The notes beneath the pieces were generated by a model, which was given only the letters and a program-made list of their open reading frames with translations, had not been told where the DNA came from and did no database searches. Position numbers and translations under genes: made by a program. Below, piece after piece: positions 1 to 7,360 of a stretch of DNA of 23,074 nt. The DNA is from a virus, in IMG/VR virus record IMGVR_UViG_3300031419_000012; one strand, given 5' to 3'. How positions within the stretch are numbered: the stretch's first letter is position 1; each line of letters starts with the position of its first letter.

Positions 1-185
1 TCTGTACCCCTGAAAAGGCGAAAGGCCGCATATAGCGGCCTCTCTGGCTTTTAACGTTCCCAACCGCGCGTTGCAGATTAGGTAAGTTGTCAAAAATTCC
101 ATCAGGGAACCGCTAACAGCTTGGGGCCGACTTTAAGCGGTTTGTAATTTGCGGTGTTACAGGTCAAGCAGTTTTTTCAGAAAAT

Positions 186-212
186 AAAAAAGGCCGCTCA
201 GTGGCGACCTTT
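186..212 (-). terminator. Intrinsic terminator for the ref / small-ORF transcript
   Basis: On the minus strand, AAGGTCGC-CACTGA-GCGGCCTT followed by a T-rich run, directly after the stop of ORF 219-374. Confidence 0.7.
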
Positions 213-218
213 CGGGGG

Positions 219-374
219 CTATTTATCGGCGTCCTGCTCGCGGCTATCGTCAGGCGCAGCAGCGACGGGTGAGGGTGTCACCTCATTGATGCGCGACGGC
301 TCCAGTTTGCCCGCAGCTATCTCGTTCATTTGCTGCATGCTGGTGGTCAGGCGGTCAAACAGCTGGTTATCCAT
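219..374 (-). CDS. 51-aa protein resembling the N-terminal segment of HigA2/NadS-family antitoxins, without the HTH (not in the ORF track)
   Basis: Manual translation MDNQLFDRLTTSMQQMNEIAAGKLEPSRINEVTPSPVAAAPDDSREQDADK*. AGGAG lies just upstream of the ATG and a terminator follows. The first ~30 aa match the remembered NadS/HigA2 N-terminal pattern MDxxLFxRLTxSMxQMNEIxxGxxEPSR. Confidence 0.75.
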   Translation of the reverse strand: MDNQLFDRLTTSMQQMNEIAAGKLEPSRINEVTPSPVAAAPDDSREQDADK

Positions 375-403
375 ATCAACTCCTGCAAACGTGTTAACGC
401 TTG

Positions 404-1078
404 TTATAGCACGATGACGCTTGCCTGCGGCAGCAGGTAGCTTATACCTGCCAGATTATAGGCTTTTGCCATCAGCTGCATTTCCGAACCGTTGTACTTA
501 GCAAATTCTGCTTTCCCGCCTGTTATCCCGTCCGCGTGTACCGGTACCAGCCAGGGAAACTCTGCTCGGACGTTTTCAGGCGCGGCGTGCTGGTGGTGGT
601 AAACGCAAAGGGGGATCTGCAGCAGATGTGCGCCGGGTTTGGTGCGACCGTCGATGTGATGCAGGCTGATTCGCGGCGATTCCTTACCGTGCTGTAGGCA
701 GGCAATGCAAGGCAGCTTGCCTAACGCATCCATAACCACGCGCTCTGCTGCTGTAGGCGTTCGCCCTTTAAGCCCTTTTCCTGACGCGCTGGCGCGCGTT
801 TGCGGCTTCGCCGTTATCCGTGCAGGCTTTTTCTCCTTTAGACGCTCAGAGGCGCTTACAGCGCGTTTCAGTGCTTTCGCTCTTTGTTCTGCTTTCCATT
901 CCGGCGAATTACGCCGCTCAATCTGTCTGGCGATCATTCTGCTAGCGCTGGCCTGCTGCTTATCAAACTGCTGCTGGCGGTACTCCGGATCGGCCTGTTT
1001 AGCGGCTTGCTTTTCGCGCTGGCGCTGTAGCGCTCTGGCCTGTTTTTCCCGAGCTGCCTGATACTGTGACGCTTCCAT
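404..1078 (-). CDS. ref: Ref recombination-enhancement, RecA-dependent HNH endonuclease (P1 Ref family)
   Basis: GLKGRTPT...LPCIAC...SLHHIDGRT...PLCVYHHQHAAP...PWLVPVHADG..GGK closely matches the P1 Ref C-terminal nuclease domain. The N-terminus is long and highly charged. Confidence 0.93.
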   Translation of the reverse strand: MEASQYQAAREKQARALQRQREKQAAKQADPEYRQQQFDKQQASASRMIARQIERRNSPEWKAEQRAKALKRAVSASERLKEKKPARITAKPQTRASASGKGLKGRTPTAAERVVMDALGKLPCIACLQHGKESPRISLHHIDGRTKPGAHLLQIPLCVYHHQHAAPENVRAEFPWLVPVHADGITGGKAEFAKYNGSEMQLMAKAYNLAGISYLLPQASVIVL

Positions 1079-1332
1079 GTGTGACCTATTCTAAAATTTT
1101 CCTTAGATTTTTGATCACTTGAATGATGTTGTAAAGCGTCATGGAATTATCCAGTGGGAGATTTAAGATTTCTGCGGTGAGGCAACCAGCGTGCTTGTAC
1201 GTCGCTTAGAGCTGCGATCTACGGCTCATGTGTGCCACGGGGAATATGGTAAGAAAAGCGCTGCAGAACGTCGCTGAGGCGGTGATACAGGCGATTGGCA
1301 GTGAGATGTGAGAGCGGCATAGGGTGCTGGAG

Positions 1333-1375
1333 TGTGGATAACTGCTTAGTCGCAGGAGTTATCCACTTATCCACC
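1333..1375. promoter_or_regulatory. DnaA boxes of the plasmid origin
   Basis: TGTGGATAA at 1333-1341 is a perfect box on the reverse strand. Tandem overlapping TTATCCACT / TTATCCACC at 1359-1375 resemble P1 oriR. Confidence 0.9.
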
Positions 1376-1379
1376 GTGT

Positions 1380-1429
1380 AGATCCAATAATAGTACCGTA
1401 TAGATCCCTTTATAGATCCAACAGATCCC
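1380..1429 (+). repeat. AGATCC(A/C) 7-mer repeats (Dam GATC sites), unwinding region of a P1-type origin
   Basis: AGATCCA 1380, AGATCCC 1402, AGATCCA 1414 and AGATCCC 1423, between the DnaA boxes and the iterons. Confidence 0.88.
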
Positions 1430-1471
1430 CTTTGCTCTCAGCCTTAGTGCTGCAAGGGTTTAAAAGGGGTT

Positions 1472-1577
1472 AAGGTGTGCTGTGAGGGGGAAAAGGTGTG
1501 CTGTGAGGGGATGGAAGGTGTGCCGTGAGGGGAAAAAGGTGTGTCGTGAGGGGAAAAAGGTGTGCTGTGAGGGGAAA
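1472..1577 (+). repeat. Five origin iterons (incC-like), consensus AAGGTGTGCTGTGAGGGG
   Basis: Copies start at 1472, 1493, 1515, 1536 and 1557 (21-22 bp period), immediately upstream of repA. They resemble P1/Rts1-family iterons. Confidence 0.95.
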
Positions 1578-1630
1578 GCATGTTATTTTCATGTATAACT
1601 CACGATCCTTATGGCTGATTGCGTAAAACC

Positions 1631-2488
1631 ATGAAAAGTAAAATGTTAATCTCTGATGTTCTCTACGCTGATACCTTGAAGAAAAACAAAGAGCTAACAG
1701 TTAACCAACATAATACCGTTCAGCCAGTAGCTATAATGCGGCTAGGTGTGTTTGTGCCTAAACCAGCTAAGAACGCTGCTATAAGCCCACTGGTAGATGC
1801 GTCTGAACTACTCAAAGGGTTATCCCTCGCACGCGCTGAAGGTTATGACAACATTCAGATCACAGGCCCGCGTCTGGATATGGATACTGATTTTAAGGTT
1901 TGGATAGGCATTGTTCGATCATTTCATGATCATGGCCGACAGGGTAATTCAATTTCACTGAAATTCACCGAATTTGCCCGCAATTGCGGCTTCCCCTCTA
2001 AAAAGATTGATTCTGAATTACGCGAAAACATACATCAGTCTCTTATAAAAATACGTTCAAAAACAATAGCTTTTAAGCGTGGTAAAACTGCTATTGCAGG
2101 CTATATAACTGGTCTTTTAAAAAGCGGTGGGTACGATTCTGATGAAGATACAATCGAGCTTGAAGCCGATGAAAGGCTGTGGGAACTGTATTACTTTGAT
2201 CATCGCGTACTGCTGCAGCAGCATGCTATTAAAGCCTTACCCAAGAAAGAGATAGCCCAGGCATTGTATACGTTCATAGAAAGCCTGCCTGCAAAACCTC
2301 AGCCTGTGTCTTTTGCTCGCATTCGTGACCGGTTATCACTCACAAGCTTGGTAAAAGAGCAGAACAGAATGATTAAAAACGCGGTGAAGCAGTTACAAGA
2401 CATAGGTTATCTGGAAGCATCAGTCATAAAAGAAGGTCGTGAAAATTACGTTTTAATTCATAAACGTAATCCAAAATTAAAGCCTTAG
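1631..2488 (+). CDS. repA: Plasmid replication initiator RepA, P1/Rts1/RepFIB family
   Basis: ISDVLYAD..KELTVN..NTVQPVAIMRLGVFVPKP, AEGYDNIQITGPRLDMDTDFK, ALPKKE.AQALYTFIESLP and RNPKLK are collinear with P1 RepA. ATG 1631 is preferred over TTG 1619 by length. Confidence 0.96.
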   Translation: MKSKMLISDVLYADTLKKNKELTVNQHNTVQPVAIMRLGVFVPKPAKNAAISPLVDASELLKGLSLARAEGYDNIQITGPRLDMDTDFKVWIGIVRSFHDHGRQGNSISLKFTEFARNCGFPSKKIDSELRENIHQSLIKIRSKTIAFKRGKTAIAGYITGLLKSGGYDSDEDTIELEADERLWELYYFDHRVLLQQHAIKALPKKEIAQALYTFIESLPAKPQPVSFARIRDRLSLTSLVKEQNRMIKNAVKQLQDIGYLEASVIKEGRENYVLIHKRNPKLKP

Positions 2489-2499
2489 TGCAAGCGTAA

Positions 2500-3033
2500 A
2501 AGGTGTGCTGTGAGGGGAAAGAAGTTGGTGGATGAAGGGAAAAAGGTGGGCCATGAGGGGAAACACCAAGCCATCTATGCCTAAAGCCCAACAAGCAAAA
2601 GCATTTTGCCTGTTTTCTATGCATTACTGAGCGATCATTGACCTTAATTTGCACGAAAACTTACCCTTTGTAGCTTTGATACTGAGACATTCCCCTCACA
2701 GCACACCTTTCTCCCCTCACAGCACACCTTTTTGTGATTAATGCCTCAAAAACTACTGCCTCAAGAAAGTATAAAAAAAACATAAAATCAAAAAGATAAA
2801 TACTAAAAGGTGTGCTGTAGGGGGAGTAAAAAGAGCTGGCAAAGGGAAGGTTATCTTGATTGCGAAGAATGGAAAGAATTTGCCTGATATTAGGTATCGG
2901 CAAAGGATACAATGCGGGCTTGAAGTCAACCATGATTAAGATTTGAGCTTTATGTCAGCTCGCCCAACCACTTTCTCTCTCAGCACACCATTTTTCTTTA
3001 TCGACTGCCTTTTTTCCCCTCACAGCACACCTT
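2500..3033. repeat. Downstream copy-control iterons (incA-like), mixed orientation
   Basis: Forward copies at 2500, 2543 (degenerate), 2807 and a weak one at 2522. Reverse copies at 2691-2709, 2712-2730, 3013-3033 and a degenerate one at ~2972-2990. Confidence 0.9.
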
Positions 3034-3080
3034 TCTATCTCTACCAGCCACTAGCAGCGGAAAAAAGGCCAGCGCCTATC

Positions 3081-3942
3081 ATATTTATAAACATTACTGA
3101 GAATCAGAACTGAGGGCGATTACTACACATTGTTCAACAGGCTGACGCTGGTAGCGCAGAGCGCCAGCAATGATGTTTGCTAACATGATTGCTGCCAGCA
3201 ATCCGCCGGAAAGTGTTTGTAAACATGGCAGGCAGTGATTGATGCGATGAAAATAACAGCAAATTTGGCATTTTCTAATGCGCCATCATGATTGCAAACA
3301 TCTTTACCGGATAACTCCAGCCCGGCTGGCATGTTTGCAAACATTTTTACCGCTGTTCGGGATCTCCATCATGTTTATAAACATTGTGACCTACTTGTAG
3401 TAATCGTGCTGGTGGCGCAGAACGCTGGCCACGATGTTTGCAAACATGACAACCACCAGTATTCCGCCAGAAAGTGTTTATAAACATGATGGACGCTGCT
3501 CACGCACGATACATTGCCCTGGCGCAATTGGACTGGCACGTTTGTTAGCATGTTTATAAACACTTTTCAGCCTGACACCCGATCCCATCATGTTTGTAAA
3601 CACTGTTAGTCTATTCATGGCAACGGCTGACGCCTGCCATGAAACCAGCAACGCGGCAGCGATTGGCCGTTCAGGCCGTGAGGGCAATTTCTACACTTCT
3701 CACATCCCCACAATCGGCCCTGCCGCTGGTGGCTATCATGTTTGCAAACATCGTTAGTCTATTCATGGCAACTGTTGCTGGTTTCATGGTGGAGGGTGGC
3801 GCAGCCACCAAATACGCTCGTAATATGTACAGATTGAACCTGTTTACCATGAATAGACGAACATTTGCCTGCTAACTGAGTGGGCTACCATGAATAGACT
3901 AACGTTGCCATGAAACCAGCAACATGAGGGCAATTCTTACAT
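3081..3942. repeat. Complex array of 14-bp palindromes RTGTTTRYAAACAY plus three other repeated motifs; candidate centromere or other protein-binding array
   Basis: Palindrome copies at 3081, 3173, 3213, 3288, 3331, 3371, 3434, 3474, 3550, 3590 and 3738. Four pairs are exactly 40 bp apart. The repeat is directly visible; its function is inferred. Confidence 0.85.
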
Positions 3943-3981
3943 GCTTTGCGATCAGGAATCCCGCCAGCACACATGAAGTAC

Positions 3982-4009
3982 AAATAAAAAAGCCGCCCGA
4001 AGGCGGCTT
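3982..4009 (-). terminator. Intrinsic terminator of the small-peptide mRNA
   Basis: Minus strand AAGCCGCC-TTCG-GGCGGC followed by TTTTTTATTT (cUUCGg loop), a few nt after the stop at 4014. Confidence 0.9.
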
Positions 4010-4013
4010 ACTG

Positions 4014-4136
4014 TCATTTGCTGTGGATTACTGTCACCGGAGCATTGATGGTGGTATTGATGTTCATACCCTCACCGCCGCTATGGGCGTTCAGCAATGC
4101 CACCAGCAGTGACACAACAAGTGCGTTGCGTCTCAT
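4014..4136 (-). CDS. 40-aa hydrophobic peptide, candidate type I toxin
   Basis: MRRNALVVSLLVALLNAHSGGEGMNINTTINAPVTVIHSK: basic N-terminus, short hydrophobic helix, polar tail. It has its own terminator and a long leader complementary to a divergent sRNA. An in-frame ATG at 4214 is an alternative start. Confidence 0.65.
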   Translation of the reverse strand: MRRNALVVSLLVALLNAHSGGEGMNINTTINAPVTVIHSK

Positions 4137-4449
4137 GTCTGGAGCCTTACATTTGGACCAGTGGCGTTCGGGGCGCCGTACAAGAGAAGAAAGCTTCTGC
4201 TTGTGCTCGGTCATAGTTGTTAAAGGGACAGTCAAGGTTCCGAATGGCTGAGAATCCACCCCTTGCTGTATGCCGTTGAATAAAGCATGCCATATTACTT
4301 ATGTGCTTTCATTGCCTTTTCTGATTCCACTCTTAAGAAGTGACAAAAGTGTGGAAAAAACCGCTTTTTTGTTCAAAAAATGCTCTGCAATTTTTGGCCA
4401 CTATTGTGGAAACGCAAAAAAAACCCAAGAATTATTTGCATAACACAAG

Positions 4450-4477
4450 TTGCAAACACTATTTCAAGACGTATACT
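4450..4477 (+). promoter_or_regulatory. Sigma70-type promoter for the sRNA
   Basis: TTGCAA (4450-4455), 16 bp, TATACT (4472-4477). The predicted start at ~4484-4485 coincides with the first base of the 17-nt antisense block. Confidence 0.7.
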
Positions 4478-4483
4478 GGCCTT

Positions 4484-4621
4484 TGAAAGCTTCTGCTTGT
4501 GTTTGCTGCTTCAAGCAAATCTGCAGCAGGCGAAGGTTGCCTGAGAACATCCTTTGCCTTCTGGATAAATGCCTGAGAACATTTTCCGGATTCATCAAAA
4601 CCGCCTACGGGCGGTTTTTTT
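4484..4621 (+). ncRNA. ~137-nt structured sRNA, candidate type I antitoxin
   Basis: Bounded by a promoter and a terminator. Its 5' GAAAGCTTCTGCTTGTG (4485-4501) is identical to 4189-4205, so it is antisense to the minus-strand leader. Two hairpins (4528-4559, 4561-4589) carry the same CCTGAGAA loop. Confidence 0.72.
4597..4621 (+). terminator. Intrinsic terminator ending the sRNA
   Basis: AAAACCGCC-TACG-GGCGG followed by TTTTTTT. Confidence 0.9.
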
Positions 4622-4837
4622 GTGACCGTCTTATTAGCGGCTCCGCGCTGTGTTTACGACTCAGGTAGCATTGCATAATTTTTCCAAAAAGTTTTGCCCT
4701 TTTCGTCGTGATCACGCAAATTTTCCGAGTTCACCCAAATCAAACTACGCTCGTTTTTTATATTTCACGCAGTAATGCAAGCTACTTCTGGTCGCTGCGT
4801 GTATAGCTAGGGACGTTTAGATCCGGTTACCAGCATA

Positions 4838-4862
4838 AAAAAAGCCGCTAAAAGCGGCTTTT
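4838..4862. terminator. Bidirectional intrinsic terminator
   Basis: A-run, GCCGC-TAAAA-GCGGC, then TTTT, just past the stop of minus-strand ORF 4871-5092. Confidence 0.8.
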
Positions 4863-4870
4863 GTTTGGAT

Positions 4871-5092
4871 TCAGGAAATTGTTTTCAGAAGAGGGTAAAG
4901 CATTTCGTTAGATTTTAGTTTGTTCCCTCTGTCATCGTATGACACCCACTGCTTTTTCTCAAATGCGATGTGATAATCACCGCGATCTATGCGTAATGGC
5001 TGCTCTTTCACGCGTGAATCCCGAAATCCTTTTGCTCTCCAGTACCCGCGCCATTTATCCAGTTCTATCTTTTTTAAACCTAAATTAATCAT
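4871..5092 (-). CDS. Small basic hypothetical protein (73 aa)
   Basis: ATG ORF in AT-rich DNA followed directly by a terminator. The RBS is weak and no family is recognised. Confidence 0.55.
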   Translation of the reverse strand: MINLGLKKIELDKWRGYWRAKGFRDSRVKEQPLRIDRGDYHIAFEKKQWVSYDDRGNKLKSNEMLYPLLKTIS

Positions 5093-5171
5093 GAGGTAAT
5101 TCTTAACTTCTTAGATTTTGAGTGATTGTACTCGAAATCAACCACTGGTCAATTCCCTGCGCGTAATCTTA

Positions 5172-5191
5172 TACTGTATTTTTATACAGGC
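5172..5191. promoter_or_regulatory. LexA (SOS) box overlapping the umuDC -10 element
   Basis: CTGT-ATTTTTAT-ACAG at 5174-5189, TATACT at 5170-5175 and GGAGG at 5196-5200. Confidence 0.92.
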
Positions 5192-5205
5192 AAAAGGAGG
5201 TGAAT

Positions 5206-5649
5206 ATGATGCGATTAGAACTGATAGCCAAACCGGCATATACCGCGCCACGACAGGCATACTTGCAGTTTTTAGAGAGGGTTGCAGCGGGCTTTCCGTC
5301 GCCGGCAATAGGCTACGAAGATACGCCGCTGGATCTGAATGAGTATTGTGTCCGGGCTAAAACGGCGACCTATTTTGTCCGCTGCCAGGGCGAATCGATG
5401 ATTGATGCCGGTATTTTTGACGGCGATTTGCTGGTGGTTGATAAATCGCGCACGGCGGCGGACGGACAGATCGTCATTGCCTCAGTGGACGGTGAATTTA
5501 CGGTAAAAAAGCTGCAGCTGAAGCCGGAGCCGATGCTGCTGGCCATGAACCCGCGCTATAAGCCGATCCCGATTGAACCGGAGTCACTGGAAATATGGGG
5601 CGTGGTCACTTACGTGATCCACAGCACTGACAATGTTTCTGCACAGTGA
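5206..5649 (+). CDS. umuD: UmuD/MucA-type DNA polymerase V subunit (S24 autopeptidase)
   Basis: VAAGFPSPA cleavage site, GESMIDAGIFDGDLLVVD (catalytic Ser) and GEFTVKKL (catalytic Lys). The start is ATG 5206 or 5209 after GGAGG. Confidence 0.95.
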   Translation: MMRLELIAKPAYTAPRQAYLQFLERVAAGFPSPAIGYEDTPLDLNEYCVRAKTATYFVRCQGESMIDAGIFDGDLLVVDKSRTAADGQIVIASVDGEFTVKKLQLKPEPMLLAMNPRYKPIPIEPESLEIWGVVTYVIHSTDNVSAQ

Positions 5650-6898
5650 CGTTAACGCGTTCTACGTGTCCGCCGAGCTGGCATTCAGGCCGGACCTGTA
5701 CGGGCGCCCGGTGGTGGTGGCGACGAACAATGACGGGTGCATTGCCGCACTGAACAAAGAGGCGAAAAACGTCGGGCTGAAGCGGGGCGATCCGCTGTTT
5801 AAAAACCGGGACACTATCCGGCGCTATGGCGTGGTGGTATTCAGCAGCAATTACACGCTGTACGACGCATTCAGCAAGCGCTTTCACACCATCGTGGGCG
5901 AGTACGTCCCTAACCTTGAGGCGTACTCAATCGACGAGGTATTTGGCTCTCTCGATGGCATGTCAAAGCTGGTGGACTATCAGACCTTCGGAGAGGAGAT
6001 CCGGCGCACTGTCATTCAGCACACCACGATGAAGTGTGGCGTGGGGATAGCAGAGACCAAGACGCTCTGTAAGGTTGCCACGCACGCAGCAAAGACCTGG
6101 CCGAAAACAGGCGGCGTGGTGGTGCTGACCGACCCGGCGCGGCGCGACAAGCTGCTGTCGCTGCTGGACGTGTCCGAAACGTGGGGAGTGGGGAGCCGGA
6201 TAGCCGCCAGGCTGCGCATGATGAACATCAAGACGATGCTCGACCTTGCCCGCGCTGACACAACCACAATCCGCAAAACGTTTAACGTGATGCTGGAGCG
6301 CACGGTAAGGGAGCTGCGCGGCGAACGCTGCTTTGAGCTCGAGGAGAACCCGCCCACGAAGCAGCAGATTGTGGTGAGCCGATCCTTTGGCAAGCGCCTC
6401 ACCAGCTTGGATGAAGTGAGCAACGCGGTTTGCTTCTTTGCCACCAGCGCCGGCGAAAAGCTGCGGCGGGAAAAGCAGTACTGCCGGAATATCACAGTAT
6501 TCATCCAGACCAGTAAGCACGATCCGGACTACCCATACTACTCGCGCGGTGCCAGCCATTCGTTTACCACGGCCACACAGGACACGCGCGATCTGATTGA
6601 TGCAGCCGTGCGCGGCCTGCGGGCTATCTGGCGCGATGGCTACCAGTATGCAAAGGCTGGCGTGATGCTGGGGGAGTTCTGCGGCTCAGAGCAGCAGCTT
6701 AACCTGTTTGATGAAGCGCCACCGCGTCCTGGTAGCGATAAGCTGATGGCTGTTATGGACAAACTGAACAGCTACCAACGCGGCACACTATTTCTGGCAG
6801 GACAGGGCGTAAATCCGGCTTACCAGATGAAGCGAGAAATGCTGTCACCACGTTATCTCACACGCTGGGAAGAATTACCTGTTGTAAAGTTAAAGTGA
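5633..6898 (+). CDS. umuC: UmuC/MucB-type Y-family translesion DNA polymerase V catalytic subunit
   Basis: DVNAFYVSAE, NNDGCIAA, YSIDE, SRSFG, YAKAGVML and MKREMLSPRYLTRWEELP motifs; overlaps umuD. Confidence 0.96.
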   Translation: MFLHSDVNAFYVSAELAFRPDLYGRPVVVATNNDGCIAALNKEAKNVGLKRGDPLFKNRDTIRRYGVVVFSSNYTLYDAFSKRFHTIVGEYVPNLEAYSIDEVFGSLDGMSKLVDYQTFGEEIRRTVIQHTTMKCGVGIAETKTLCKVATHAAKTWPKTGGVVVLTDPARRDKLLSLLDVSETWGVGSRIAARLRMMNIKTMLDLARADTTTIRKTFNVMLERTVRELRGERCFELEENPPTKQQIVVSRSFGKRLTSLDEVSNAVCFFATSAGEKLRREKQYCRNITVFIQTSKHDPDYPYYSRGASHSFTTATQDTRDLIDAAVRGLRAIWRDGYQYAKAGVMLGEFCGSEQQLNLFDEAPPRPGSDKLMAVMDKLNSYQRGTLFLAGQGVNPAYQMKREMLSPRYLTRWEELPVVKLK

Positions 6899-6991
6899 CT
6901 GAGCGTAAGCCTAGGAATTTAAAGAATTTAGGTTAAGTGTAATTAGCCATTAATTAATTTCGTTTTGAGCAGTCAAAAGGCCGATCAAATG

Positions 6992-7020
6992 TTGATCACC
7001 TTTTAGAATGTACATACAAT
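6992..7020 (+). promoter_or_regulatory. Sigma70-type promoter
   Basis: TTGATC, 17 bp, TACAAT upstream of small ORF 7086. Confidence 0.6.
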
Positions 7021-7085
7021 CGGAAAAAACCGAAACTGCATTATTTTTCGATTGAGCTGGCTTTCTAATCGGGAGTTATAGGGAT

Positions 7086-7223
7086 ATGGCTAACATTCTT
7101 TACGCTGCAATGATTTCCTTCTTCACATTGTTATCACTGGGAACTGCGTTAGTCGCATATCTATTACCCGGCATGTTGCGTTCTTTTGATGCCGAAATGA
7201 CGAAAAGTAAATCCTTCCGCTAA
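7086..7223 (+). CDS. 45-aa single-pass membrane protein (not in the ORF track)
   Basis: MANILYAAMISFFTLLSLGTALVAYLLPGMLRSFDAEMTKSKSFR*. GGGAG/AGGGA lie upstream, it has its own promoter, and a hairpin follows at ~7255-7283. Confidence 0.65.
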   Translation: MANILYAAMISFFTLLSLGTALVAYLLPGMLRSFDAEMTKSKSFR

Positions 7224-7320
7224 CTCTTTCCTTTTTTGTGATCGTGATACTGAAAACCAGCCTGCCGTTACAGGTTGCTGGTTGTAAACTGCACTAAACC
7301 CCTCTGCGGTTAATGAAAAA

Positions 7321-7349
7321 TTTAAACTTTCCTTAGAATGTCATAATAT
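7321..7349 (+). promoter_or_regulatory. Putative promoter of the 7361-9145 operon
   Basis: TTTAAA, 17 bp, TAATAT. The spacer shares TTAGAATGT with the 6992 promoter spacer. Confidence 0.5.
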
Positions 7350-7360
7350 AAAGTCTGAAT

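Noticed and set aside
23-41. Hairpin AGGCCGC-ATATA-GCGGCCT as the end of an sRNA
   Set aside because: The U-tract is short, the promoter spacing upstream is unconvincing, and the context is cut by the window edge.
2424-3875. Short ORFs across the incA region and palindrome array (2424-2654, 2661-2933, 3292-3483, 3375-3563, 3478-3687, 3639-3875)
   Set aside because: They are translations of DNA repeats, lack RBSs and overlap each other on both strands.
3081-3942. CRISPR array
   Set aside because: The repeats are only 14 bp, irregularly spaced and in mixed orientation, the spacers are partly homologous to each other, and no cas genes are present.
4528-4589. CsrB/RsmZ-type CsrA sponge
   Set aside because: The loops show GAGA, not the GGA motif CsrA requires.
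4450-4668. 72-aa ORF over the sRNA
   Set aside because: Its TTG start is the -35 element and the frame runs through a strong terminator.
5606-6559. Antisense and alternative-frame ORFs in umuC, and similar shadows in ref, 10888-11520, 14479-14952, 20249-20683 and 22579-23016
   Set aside because: They overlap well-supported genes and are typical GC-rich shadow frames.
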